A DNA stretch of 64,000 nt from Rebecca billardiae RCC1528 (taxonomy: Eukaryota; Protista; Haptophyta), in NCBI GenBank assembly GCA_965240325.2, contig OZ251225.1, positions 2,232,001 through 2,296,000 of the forward strand, given 5' to 3'. Each line of letters opens with the position of its first letter. Position 1 is the stretch's first letter. The translations under genes and the position numbers were made by a program. Shown here in pieces: positions 10,976-22,900 of the stretch. Below the pieces are notes generated by a model. That model had not been told where the DNA came from. It searched no databases and saw only the letters and a list, made by a program, of their open reading frames with translations.

Positions 10976-13900
10976 CTAGCACACGTCGAAGCCGAGGACA
11001 TCCTTGAACAACTTTTTCGGCCTGCGCAGCTGGTGGAGGAGGGGCTCGACGAACACCTCGATCGCCCACGCGCGGTACGACTCGGGCACGCACGTCTTCA
11101 CAACGAGGTCGACGATCAGCTGCGTGATCACGACGCCCGGCTCGATGAGCGCGAGCTTGAACGCGGTCTCGATGAGCCACGCGACCAGGATCTCCTGCCG
11201 CCACATGTCGGGGTCGCGCACGCCCGCGCCGCCGAGGATGGAGAAGGCGAGCAGCATGCACGCCACGGCGCAGATGAGAAGCACGTTCACCGTGGTCGCC
11301 GTCCGCAGCTTCCACCTCTTCGGCTTGTTCGACCACCACTGCGCGTGCTCCAGCTCGGAGCGCGTGAGGCGCACGCGCTCGTGCACGCGATGCCGTGTCA
11401 TCGGCTCGGCGTGCACGCTTGCGCCCGCCGCGCCCAACTTCGCAGCCGCTGCCTCGGCCTCGCCGAGTTGAGTGGACGCGGCGCGCCCGTGCCTATGGCG
11501 GTGGCCGTGGCCGTGGCCGTGCACCTGGTCGTACGCGTCGAGGGCGGCGCGCGCGGCCACGTTGGGCTGCGCGATCACGTCGGTGGGCAGGATCTGGCGG
11601 CCATCGATGTACGGGCTGGTGAGGTGCATGACCTGCACCATCTTGCCCATCGGCACGCTCTCCTTGTCTCTGCGCCCCAGGCCGGCCGTCAGGCTGCCCC
11701 GTCGCGCCCTCTTGGCCGCGCCTCCGGCCGTCGATTCGCGCCGCGTGTGCATGCGCATGCTGAGGATGCCGTACGTTCTCCTCGCCTCGTCTGCGGGGAT
11801 CGGGCTGCGGCGGTACACGTGCTCAGCCTGCACGAAGCGCACGTCGGCCACGCCGTCGTGGAGGAAGTCGAGCGTGCGGTGCGCCTCCGCCAGCAGCTCG
11901 TCCTGCCCGCGGTCAAAGTGCAGCTGCATGCCCGCCATCTCGGAGAGGATGGACGGCCTGTTGGGCGGAGGGATCGACTTGATCACGATCTCCCGCCACG
12001 CGCGCGCGACGAAGAAGCCGACGATCTGCCCATGGTCCGTCGGGATGGAGATGAGCGCCTGGTCGGGCATGTTCACCGTCATCGTGCCCGGTGGTAGGCC
12101 AGCGGCCTTGGCCCGCATCCAGCCGGGCTGGGCCGCCGAGCGGACCGAGCTCGCGCGGCGCACGAGCGCGCGCGGCGGCGCCACCCTGCTGCTACTGCTG
12201 TCACGCGCGCCTGAATCCGCGGCGCGGCGCGGCAAGACGGGCGACGCAGCGGAGGCGCCGCCGAGGTGGGCCATCTGACCGAGCGACTGCAACCGAGGCA
12301 TGGGCGAAGGCCGCGGGCTCGGCGCGGGCCGGGGCGATTCCGTGGGGCCGCCCCCGAGGTAGGCCATCACTCCGAGGGACTGGGGCCGGGGCACGGGCAT
12401 GGGCGAGGGCTGCGCGCTCGGCGAGGGCGGAGGCGAGGGCGCGCCACTGGTCTCCTCGCCCACCGCCTCGCTGGCCGCCAGCGCGCTGACCGCGTCCGCC
12501 TCGATCAGCTTGACGAGCTCCGGCCGCGCGTACCGAAGCTTGTGCGCGACGGGCTCGATTCCGTCCGACTCGCTGTCCTTGGGCTGTTGGGCGTGGGGGC
12601 GGTCGAGGTGCGCGGCGTGCGCTGCGGCGTGGGCCGCGTCCTGCACCGTGTCGTGCGCCGCCCTCGCCGCGCCCCGTGCCGTCTTCGCCGCGGCGGCCGC
12701 ACTAGTCGCTGCGGTCGTCGGCTCGACCACCGCCGCCACGCGCAGCGCGGCGCGGCGCGCCTGCGCGTCCGCCGCGTCGACGCCGTCCGGCCGCTCCTCG
12801 AGCAGCCCGCGCCTGCGCACGCTCCACACGAGCAGCCGCTCGAGAAAGAAGGCCTCGTACGGGTAGCCCGACGCGATGCCCACCGCCACGCTCACGACGA
12901 GCTGCGTCGCGGAGATGTCCTCGGCCTGGCCGATGAAGAGCGCCATCACGAAGAGCTCGACCAGCGTCACGTTCATCAGCAGCAGCACGCGCATCTTCGC
13001 GCTCACCGGGTCGCCCGGCAGCCGCGTGAGCCACGAGGTGAGCGTCGAGCGCGTGAGCATGTGCGCGCCCGCGCGCCACCAGATCGAATTTGTTGCGCGC
13101 AGCTTCCACTGCGGCACCGACGGCTGCCGCTCGATCTGGAGGTCGACGCGGTGCGCGACGAGGAGGAGCAGCAGCATCGGCCCGAGCACGACGCACACGA
13201 CGACCACGCCCCAAAAGTTGGCCGCAAGCCGCCCGCCCACCTCCTGGACCACGCCGCTCGGTGACTTGTCCTCGAAGCTCTCCGTCTCTATTTGATTCAC
13301 TGCGACCTCGCCGGAGTCGTCGCCCGCCGCGACGCTCTCGATCGCGACGCCGAGGGCGACGAAGTCGGTGAGGTGGTCGCACGCGCACACGAGCGCGCCC
13401 GCGCTCACGGCGACGGCGCGGCAGCCTTCGGAGGACCAGCGGCGCGACGTCTCGTTCCAGAAGTGGCAGGTCTGCAGCTGGTCACATGCCGCCCCCGCGA
13501 AGCCCGCGTTGCACTCGCATGCTCCGCCGCTGCCGCCTCCGCTGTCGCCAACGGAGGCGTTGACAGCCGCCGCCGCGATGCAGCTGCCGCGCGGCTCGTC
13601 GCCGGGCGGCGCGCACTCGCTCGCGTCCGCGCACACGCCGATGGCGCGCGGCGAGTCGCCGAGCGACGGCAGCTCGTCCACGCCCAGCAGCGGGATGGTG
13701 ATGGTGATTGACGTCGCCAGCCCGTGAATCCGCAACGGCGCGCGCGACCGCGCGTCCGCGAGCGTCACGCCGAAGAGCGGCGAGTATAGCGCGCGCTGCT
13801 CGCCGAGCGCATACTCGGCGTCGCTGCCGCCGCCGAGCGCGCTGACGCGCGCCGTGCCGAGGTCGCCTGGGCGGTCTCGCGGGTCGTCGTGCACGTTGCG

Positions 13901-16900
13901 CTGGAGCAGCACGAGCTGCACGTCCACCGCGTCGCCGCTCACCGAACTGCCGTCGAGCAGGCCCACCGGTAGGCTCACCGTGCCGCGCCCGCCGGCCACA
14001 TCGACGGTCGAGTTCTCGACCGAGGCGGCAAACTCTCGCGCCGAGCTCAGGCTCAGCCGCTCGCCGACGAAATCGCGCGCGCGCTCGCCCGGGAGCACAC
14101 CGAGGAGCAGCCCGTCGGAGAGTGTGCGTGCGGAGCTCCGCACTGCCTCGTCTATCGCCGGCTCCGTCCCCGCGCTCGGCAAGGTGCCGCCGTCGCCGCC
14201 GCCGGGAGCGGCTGCGGCGAGGACCGAGTCAATGCCTCGGCCGACGTTGCCCGCGGTCGTGGCGTCAATGCCGTCTGCCGACGGCGAGTCCCCGACGATG
14301 GCGGCGAGCTGCGTGAGGCCTTCGAGCTGCGAGTCGGCGGAGAGCGCGAGCGGCTCGGCAAGCGCTGATGCGACCGCATTCGACAACGCCGCCCGCCCGC
14401 CGTCGAGCCCAGCCACGCCAGCGGCTGCGAGCGCGGCTGTTTGCGAGAGCAGGCTGGCTGTGATGGTGCGCGCATCGGTGGGATTGGCCGCAGTGACGGC
14501 GGGCAGCATGGCATCTGCGATGGCGACGACGAGCTGCAGCGCAAGGTCGACGTTACCCTCGTTGAGCGCGCCCTGCGCCGCGCTCACCTGCCCGGCCGCC
14601 GCCTCCGCGCTGACGTTGGCCGGCGGCAGCGGCAGCACGCGCGCGCGCGCGCTCGCCCCCGCCACGCCGCCAAACTGGTCGGTCACGGCGAGCGTTGCGT
14701 TGTGCTCGCCCTCGGGTAGCACGGCGGAAGCGGTGGGCTCGAGCGAGGACGCGGCGGTGAGTTGCTGCTCTGCCGCCGTGCCCGCGCGCACGTACCCGAA
14801 CGCGTACCGCAGCGGGAGGTCCTCAGTCTCGTCGTCCGTCCAGCCGGCCGCGATCAGCGCGACGGGCTCGAACGCGTTCGCCACAGCCGGCGAGAGCTGC
14901 AGGCTGCCGCCGTACGGAGGGCGGTTCATCACGACGGTGAGGCGCGAGACGGCGGGCTGCGCGGCGCCAGACACCTCGAGCGTAAGCGTGTACGTCGCAC
15001 CGGGCGTGAGCACCCCCGAACGAAAGACGAGAGAGCGCTTCGCGTCGCCCGTCGTCGTGGTCATGCGCGCGTCTGCGAGGTCGAGCGGGCGGCCGTCGAC
15101 GCGGCGCGCGGGCGCGGCCACGCCGTCGACCGTCTCGGCGACGCTCCAGCGGTACGCGAGGGCGGGCTCGTCAGCGGCCTCGGCAGCAGACACGCTGACA
15201 TCCAGCGTCACGAGCACCGAGATCGACTCGCCGGGCGAGTCCCAAGCCGCGTTGTACTTCCCGCGCCCGGCCCCACCGAGCGCCAGCGCCAGCTGCGGCA
15301 CAGCGCCCGGCACGAGCGTGAGCCGCACGCTGGCCGTGGCCGCGCGCCCGTCCGCGCTCGAGACGGCGAGGCGGACGTCGTACTCGCCCGCGGCGAGGCC
15401 GAGCTGAGCGGGCGCGAGCGAGAAAAGCGTCGAATTCGCAGCCGTGCCGGACACCGATGCGAGCGGCGACGGCGGCGGCCCGCCGCTGCCGCCGCCCGCG
15501 CTCACGAGCGTCCACGCGAACGCCAGGCCATCCGAGCCGCCCGTGTTGCCGTCGGCAGAGGCCGAACCGTCAAACACGATGGCGTCCGCCTCGAGCGAGG
15601 TGGTGCGGTCGCCCGAGGCGATGGCGGCGCGTACGGGCGCCGTGCCTACGAGCAGCTCCACACGCACGCTCGCGCTCGCCGCCGCGTCCGCCGCCATCGT
15701 CGTCGTGAGCTCGAGCTCATACCTGTAGCCAGCGCGAAGCGAGTAGGGCGCAAGCGTGAGCTGCGCGCGCGTGCCCGCCGTCGCCGCGTCGAAGGGCGGC
15801 GGCGGCGTAGGGCCGGCAGAGCCGTCGGCGGGCTGTGCGGCGCGCACTGCCCACTGGAACTGAATCCCACGCGACGTCGCCGCCGGCCAGCACGACGCAG
15901 GCTCGGCGCGCGCGAGCAGCACGTGCTTTGCGCCCGGCCGCGCCACCGTCTGCACCGCCGGGCCGAGCAGCGCGACCGTCGGCGAGAGCGAGGCGGTGCG
16001 GGCGACGGTGGCGGCGGCGGGCGCGGAGGCGAAGCCGAGGAACGACACGAGCCGGAGCTCGAAGACAAACTCGGCGCCCGGCGGCAGCTCCACGCTCAGA
16101 CTCGGCTCGCGCGCGGCCGCCATCCGAGAGACGAGCGCGGCCGCGGCGGCGGGCGCGAGCGCTGCTGCGGCAGTCGCGTTGACGGACCAGGAGTACTCGG
16201 GCGCCGCGATGCCGCCGGCGGACGAGCCGGTCGAGCGCAGCAGAATCGGCTGATACGGGCACGGCGACACCGTCGTCGGCCCCGCGAGCACCGCCACGGG
16301 CACCGGGCATCCACCGACGCACGCCCTCGCGGGCTGTGCGGGGATGGTCACGTGCGCTGCGGGCGCACACAGCTCCTGCGGACACGGCTGCGGGGTGTCG
16401 CGCGGCCGCAGCGCGTCGGCGCGGATGCCCACGGCATCGCCGGGGCGCAGGGCGGTGCGGCTGTCCAGATGCACGACAAGCGTGCTATCGTCCTCCCAGA
16501 AGCAGCCCGGCTCCGCCTCCGCCGCGCCGCGCACGCGGGCGAGCGTCGCATCGTCGAGCACAATGCTGCACGGCAGCACGCCCGTCGCCATGCCCGCGCG
16601 GTCGGTCGGCTGCGCGTCAAACTCGAGGCGCAGCGCGGTCGCCTGGCCGTTGAAGCGCGCCCGCAGCAGCCGCGGCGGGTGCAACAGGGCGGCTGCCGAT
16701 GTGCACCACGCCGTCGGCGGGCACTCCGCTGGCGCCACGCCGCCCAGCTCGCTCTCGAGCGCGACGGGCGCGCCGGTGCCATCGGCCACGCCCACCGAGA
16801 TTGCAATCTCCTGCAGAGCGGCCACCGTCGAGGCGAGCAGCGCGGACGAGCCCGCGCCGCCGCCGGCGGCAGGCTCGCCGTCGGTCGCGTTGAGCGCCGT

Positions 16901-19900
16901 TGCGTTGCTTGCGTTCGCGCCAGCGAGCGGCGTCGTCGTCGCGTTCGGCGCCCGCATCTCGCGCCCCAGCGTCGCGAGCAGCGGCGCGACCATCGTGAGC
17001 AGCGTCGACTGCACGAGCCGAGCGCCCGCGCTCACGCGCTGCACGTAGGCCGACGCGGCGGCCGTGGCGTTGGCCGTGGCGTTGGGCGAGGCGCGCACCG
17101 CGGCGGCCGCCGGCTGCACGAACGATCGCGTCGCGCGCACGGTGGAGGAGACCAGCGACGAGAGCGGCGCCACCGTCTCGGCCGGCGGCTGCACGCTCGC
17201 GCCGAGCTGCTGCGCGCTCGCGCGCGACACGACCGCCTCCACCGTCGCCTCCGAGCCGAGGTCGAGCGCGCACGACACGTTGGGCGGCGCAGCGCCGCTG
17301 CTGGCCCCACCGAGAGGCGCGCCGCTGGTCAGGTTGAGCGCCGCAGCGCGCAGCCTGGCCTCGAGCGCGTCCGCCATCAGCGTGGCCATCGCCTGCTGCA
17401 CGCTCACCGCGTGCGGACGCATCGCCTCTGCGGACGCAACCTGCGTCGAGTTGCCAGATTCGTACGCGGCGAGCGCGCCCGCGACGAGCGTCGTCACGGC
17501 GTGCAGCACCGCCGTCTGCTGCACGAGCTCCGCCTTGGGCGCGGCCTGCTCGCCACCGAGCCACAGCTCGGGGAACGGGTCGGCGAGCCCGCCGGCAGGC
17601 CCCATGTCCAGCTGCAGGCAGCCGCCGACCGCGAGCTCGGTCGCGAGCTCGAGGTCGGACGCGGCCGCCTCGCTGGGCGCGCCGCCGCCGGAGGAGAGCA
17701 GGGCGAGCGTGGGCGCGCCCACGCCGCGCGCCTCAAGCGCGCGCGCGGCGAGGAGCACGACCGTCGTCATCGACGAGATGGCCGTCTGCCCCGCGCCCGC
17801 CATCAGCGGAATCCTCACGTCGAGCCCGGAGTTGGAGTCGACGCACGCGCCGCCCGCCTCGGCGAGCAGCACGTACGGCGCGGCGCCGTACCGCCCGTCC
17901 GCGTTGAGCAGCGGGAAGCCGCCGCTCGCGTCGGTGGCGGCGAACGGCTCGTCCGCGTCGAGTCGAAGGTCGGCGTCGAGGTCGACGAAGACGATGCAGT
18001 CCGCAAGGTAGCCGTCGTACGCGCGGCCCATCGCTCGTGGCGAGGGCGGCGGCGGCGGCGGCGGCTGTGAGGCGGAGGGCGCAGTCGCAGGCGGCGACGA
18101 CGGCGGCGGCTGCGACGGTGGGCTGGGGGGCGGGCTCTGCGGCGGGCTCGGCGGCGGTGGTGATGGCCTGGGTGGTGGTGACGGCGGCGGGCTCAGCGGC
18201 GGGCTCGGTGGTGGCGGCGGTGGTGGGCTTGGCGGCGGTGGCGGGCTCGGCGGTGGTGACGGCGGCGGGGTGGGTGGCGGGCTCGGCGGCGGGCTCGGTG
18301 ATGGCGACGGTGGTGGGCTTGGCGGCGGTGGCGGGCTCGGCGGTGGTGACGGCGGCGGGCTCGGCGGCGGGCTCGGCGGCGGGCTCGGTGGAGGCGACGG
18401 TGGTGGGCTTGGCCGCGGTGGTGGGCTCGGCGGTGGTGACGGCGGCGGGCTCGGCGGCGGGCTCGGCGGCGGGCTCGGTGGTGGCGATGGTGGTGGGCTT
18501 GGCGGCGGTGGCGGGCTCGGCGGTGGTGACGGCGGCGGGCTCGGCGGCGGGATCGGTGGAGGGCTCGGTGGTGGCGACGGTGGTGGGCTTGGCGGCGGTG
18601 GCGGGCTCGGCGGTGGTGACGGCGGCGGGCTGGGCGGCGGGCTTGGCGGCGGGCTTGGGGGTGGTGACGGTGGTGGGCTTGGCGGCGGTGGCGGGCTCGG
18701 CGGTGGTGACGGCGGCGGGCTGGGCGGCGGGCTCGGCGGCGGGCTCGGTGGAGGCGACGGTGGTGGGCTTGGCGGCGGTGGTGGACTCGGCGGGGGTGAC
18801 GGCGGCGGGCTGGGTGGCGGGCTCGGCAGCGGGCTCGGTGGTGGCGACGGTGGTGGGCTTGGCGGCGGTGGCGGGCTCGGCGGTGGTGACGGCGGCGGGC
18901 TGGGCGGCGGGCGCGGCGGCGGGCTCGGTGGTGGCGACGGCGGTGGGCTTGGCGGCGGTGGTGGGCTCGGCGGTGGTGACGGCGGCGGGCTGGGCGGCGG
19001 GCTCGGCGGCGGGCTCGGTGGTGGCGACGGTGGTGGGCTTGGCGGCGGTGGCGGGCTCGGCGGTGGTGACGGCGGCGGGCTCGGCGGCGGGCTCGGCGGC
19101 GGGCTCGGTGGTGGCGATGGTGGTGGGCTTGGCGGCGGTGGCGGGCTCGGCGGCGGGCTCGGTGGTGGCGACGGTGGTGGGCTTGGCGGCGGTGGTGGGC
19201 TCAGCGGTGGTGACGGCGGCGGGCTGGGCGGCGGGCTTGGCGGCGGGCTTGGGGGTGGTGACGGTGGTGGGCTTGGCGGCGGTGGCGGGCTCGGCGGTGG
19301 TGACGGCGGCGGGCTGGGCGGCGGGCTCGGCGGCGGGCTCGGTGGTGGCGACGGTGGTGGGCTTGGCGGCGGTGGCGGGCTCGGCGGTGGTGACGGCGGC
19401 GGGCTGGGCGGCGGGCTCGGCGGCGGGCTTGGGGGTGGCGACGGTGGTGGGCTTGGCGGCGGTGGTGGGCTCGGCGGTGGTGACGGCGGCGGGCTCGGCG
19501 GCGGGCTCGGCGGCGGGGTCGGTGGTGGCGATGGTGGTGGGCTTGGCGGCGGTGGCGGGCTCGGCGGCGGGCTCGGTGGTGGCGACGGTGGTGGGCTTGG
19601 CGGCGGTGGTGGGCTCGGCGGTGGTGACGGCGGCGGGCTGGGCGGCGGGCTTGGCGGCGGGCTTGGGGGTGGTGACGGTGGTGGGCTTGGCGGCGGTGGC
19701 GGGCTCGGCGGTGGTGACGGCGGCGGGCTGGGCGGCGGGCTCGGCGGCGGGCTCGGTGGTGGCGACGGCGGTGGGCTTGGCGGCGGTGGTGGGCTCGGCG
19801 GTGGTGACGGCGGCGGGCTGGGCGGCGGGCTCGGCGGCGGGCTTGGGGGTGGCGACGGTGGTGGGCTTGGCGGCGGTGGTGGGCTCGGCGGTGGTGACGG

Positions 19901-22900
19901 CGGCGGGCTCGGCGGCGGGCTCGGCGGCGGGCTCGGTGGTGGCGATGGTGGTGGGCTTGGCGGCGGTGGCGGGCTCGGCGGCGGGCTCGGTGGTGGCGAC
20001 GGTGGTGGGCTTGGCGGCGGTGGTGGACTCGGCGGTGGTGACGGCGGCGGGCTGGGCGGCGGGCTCGGCGGCGGGCTCGGTGGCGGGCTCGGGGGTGGTG
20101 ACGGCGGTGGGCTTGGCGGCGGTGGCGGGCTCGGCGGTGGTGACGGCGGCGGGCTGGGCGGCGGGCTCGGCGGCGGGCTCGGTGGAGGCGACGGTGGTGG
20201 GCTTGGCGGCGGTGGTGGACTCGGCGGGGGTGACGGCGGCGGGCTGGGTGGCGGGCTCGGCGGCGGGCTCGGTGGTGGCGACGGTGGTGGGCTTGGCGGC
20301 GGTGGCGGGCTCGGCGGTGGTGACGGCGGCGGGCTGGGCGGCGGGCTCGGCGGCGGGCTCGGTGGTGGCGACGGCGGTGGGCTTGGCGGCGGTGGTGGGC
20401 TCGGCGGTGGTGACGGCGGCGGGCTGGGCGGCGGGCTCGGCGGCGGGCTTGGGGGTGGCGACGGTGGTGGGCTTGGCGGCGGTGGTGGGCTCGGCGGTGG
20501 TGACGGCGGCGGGCTCGGCGGCGGGCTCGGCGGCGGGCTCGGCGGTGGCGATGGTGGTGGGCTTGGCGGCGGTGGCGGGCTCGGCGGCGGGCTCGGTGGT
20601 GGCGACGGCGGTGGGCTTGGCGGCGGTGGTGGACTCGGCGGTGGTGACGGCGGCGGGCTGGGCGGTGGGCTCGGCGGCGGGCTCGGTGGCGGGCTCGGGG
20701 GTGGTGACGGCGGTGGGCTTGGCGGCGGTGGTGGACTCGGCGGTGGTGGTGACGGTGGCGGGCTGGGCGGCGGGCTCGGCGGCGGGCTCGGTGGAGGCGA
20801 CGGTGGTGGGCTTGGCGGCGGTGGTGGACTCGGCGGTGGTGACGGCGGCGGGCTGGGCGGTGGGCTGGGCGGTGGGCTCGGCGGCGGGCTCGGTGGTGGC
20901 GACGGTGGTGGGCTTGGCGGCGGTGGCGGGCTCGGCGGTGGTGACGGCGGTGGGCTGGGCGGCGGGCGCGGCGGCGGGCTCGGTGGCGGGCTGGGCGGCA
21001 AGCTCGGCGGTGGCGGAGAGGGCGGTGGCGAGGGCGGCGGCGGCGAGGGCGGCGGGTTTGGCGGCGGCGAGGGGGGCGGGGCCGGAGGTGGTGCGCCTGG
21101 GAGTGTCGACGGCGTCACGGCAGGGTAACCGTGCGTGCCGCCGGGCTGCCACAACTGCGTGTTCTGGACCCTCCTGCAAGTATCGATGATACCAATCCGC
21201 GGCGACGGGGCGGGGGCACCGCCGTACACGCGTGGGCGTCAGCGGCAGGAGCAGCAAGCGCGGCGCGGCGTGGGATCACCCGGGGCACGCGGGGACCGGC
21301 CCGTCGCGCGGGCACCACCGCCCCTCGCCCTGGCCGCGCATACATATCGGTCAGGGCCGTCATGTTGCCGATCTCCGTGGGAAGGGTGCCCGAGAACAAG
21401 TTGTCATACATGTACCTGCGCAGCGAGTGGCGTTCGAGCGCATTGCCGACGCGAGCGGGCGCTCAGACACGGGAGGGTGTGCGCCGCGCTGTGCGCCCGC
21501 GTGTCGCCGTGTCTGGCGAGATTGTCGCGCCATCGCTCCTGGCCCCGGCCGCGCGGCGTACATCTGGGTCAGGGCCGTCATGATGCCGATCTCAGTCGGC
21601 AGGGTGCCCGAGAACGAGTTGACAAACGCGTCCCTGCGCAGCGAGTGGCGTTCGAACGCATTGCCGACGCGAGCTGGCGGTCAGACTCGGAAGGGCGTGC
21701 GCCGCACTGTGCGCCCGCGCGGCTGGCGAGCATGTCGAGCCACCGCCCCTGGACCCGGTCGCGCGTACATCCGCTTCAGGGCCGTCACGAGGCCCATCTC
21801 CGTCGGCAGGCTGCCCGAGAAGGAGTTGTGTTGCGCCGTCCTGCGCAGCGAGTGGCGTTCGAGCGCATTGCCGACGCGAGCGGGCGGTCAGACTCGGCAG
21901 GGCGTGCTCAGCGGCACCGTGCACCCGCGTGGCGGGTCAGAGTGGCGTGCCACCACCCCTGGCCTTGATCGCGCATACATCGTAGTCAGGGCTGTCATCA
22001 GGCCAATCTCCGTTGGAAGGCCCGAAAACCAGTTCTCATATATGTACCTGCGCAGCGAGTGGCGTTCGAGCGCATTGCCGACGCGAGCTGGCGGTCAGGC
22101 TCGGAAGGGCGTTGTGCGCCCGCGTGGCTGGCGAGCATGTCGCGCCACCGCCCCTGCCTGGCCCCGGGCCGCGCGTACATCTGCTTCAGGGCCGTCACGA
22201 GGCCCATCTCCGTCGGCAGGGTGCCCGAGAAGGAGTTGGCCTGCACCCGCCTGCGCAGCGAGTGGCGTTCGAGCGGGTTGCACGCGAGCGGGCGCTCAGG
22301 CTGGGCCGGGTGTGCGCCGCGCTGTGCGCCCGCGTGGCTGGCGAGCATGTCGCGTCATCGCTCCTGGCCCCGGCCGCGCGTACATCCAGACCAGGGCCGT
22401 CATGAGGCCGATCTCCGTCGGAAGGCTGCCCGAGAAGGAGTTGTGTCGCACCTCCCTGCGCAGCGAGTGGCGTTCGAGCGCATTGCCGACACGAGCAGGC
22501 GGTCAGACTCGGCAGGGTGCGCGGTGCGCTGTGCGCCCACGTGGCTGGCAAGCATGTCGCGCCATCGCTCCTGGCCCCGGCCGCGCGTACATATGGCCCA
22601 GGGCCATCATGAGGCCGATCTCCGTCGGAAGGCTGCCCGAGAAGGAGTTAACCTCCAAGCGCCTGCGCAGCGAGTGGCGTTCGAGCGCATTGCCGACACG
22701 AGCAGGCGGTCAGACTCGGCAGGGTGCGCGGTGCGCTGTGCGCCCACGTGGCTGGCAAGCATGTCGCGCCATCGCTCCTGGCCCCGGCCGCGCGTACGTA
22801 TAGCCCAGGGCCGTCATGAGGCCCATCTCCGTCGGCAGGCTGCCCGAGAAGGAGTTGACATAGGCCTCCCTGCGCAGCGAGTGGCGTTCGAGCGGGTTGC

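Noticed and set aside
17733-21257. Overlapping 950-1170 aa ORFs (mucin-like, Gly-rich, Ala/Val-rich)
   Set aside because: These are shadow frames of the stop-free GC-rich 90 bp repeat. Only the SPPP frame connects the LRR exons to the REJ/GPS body.
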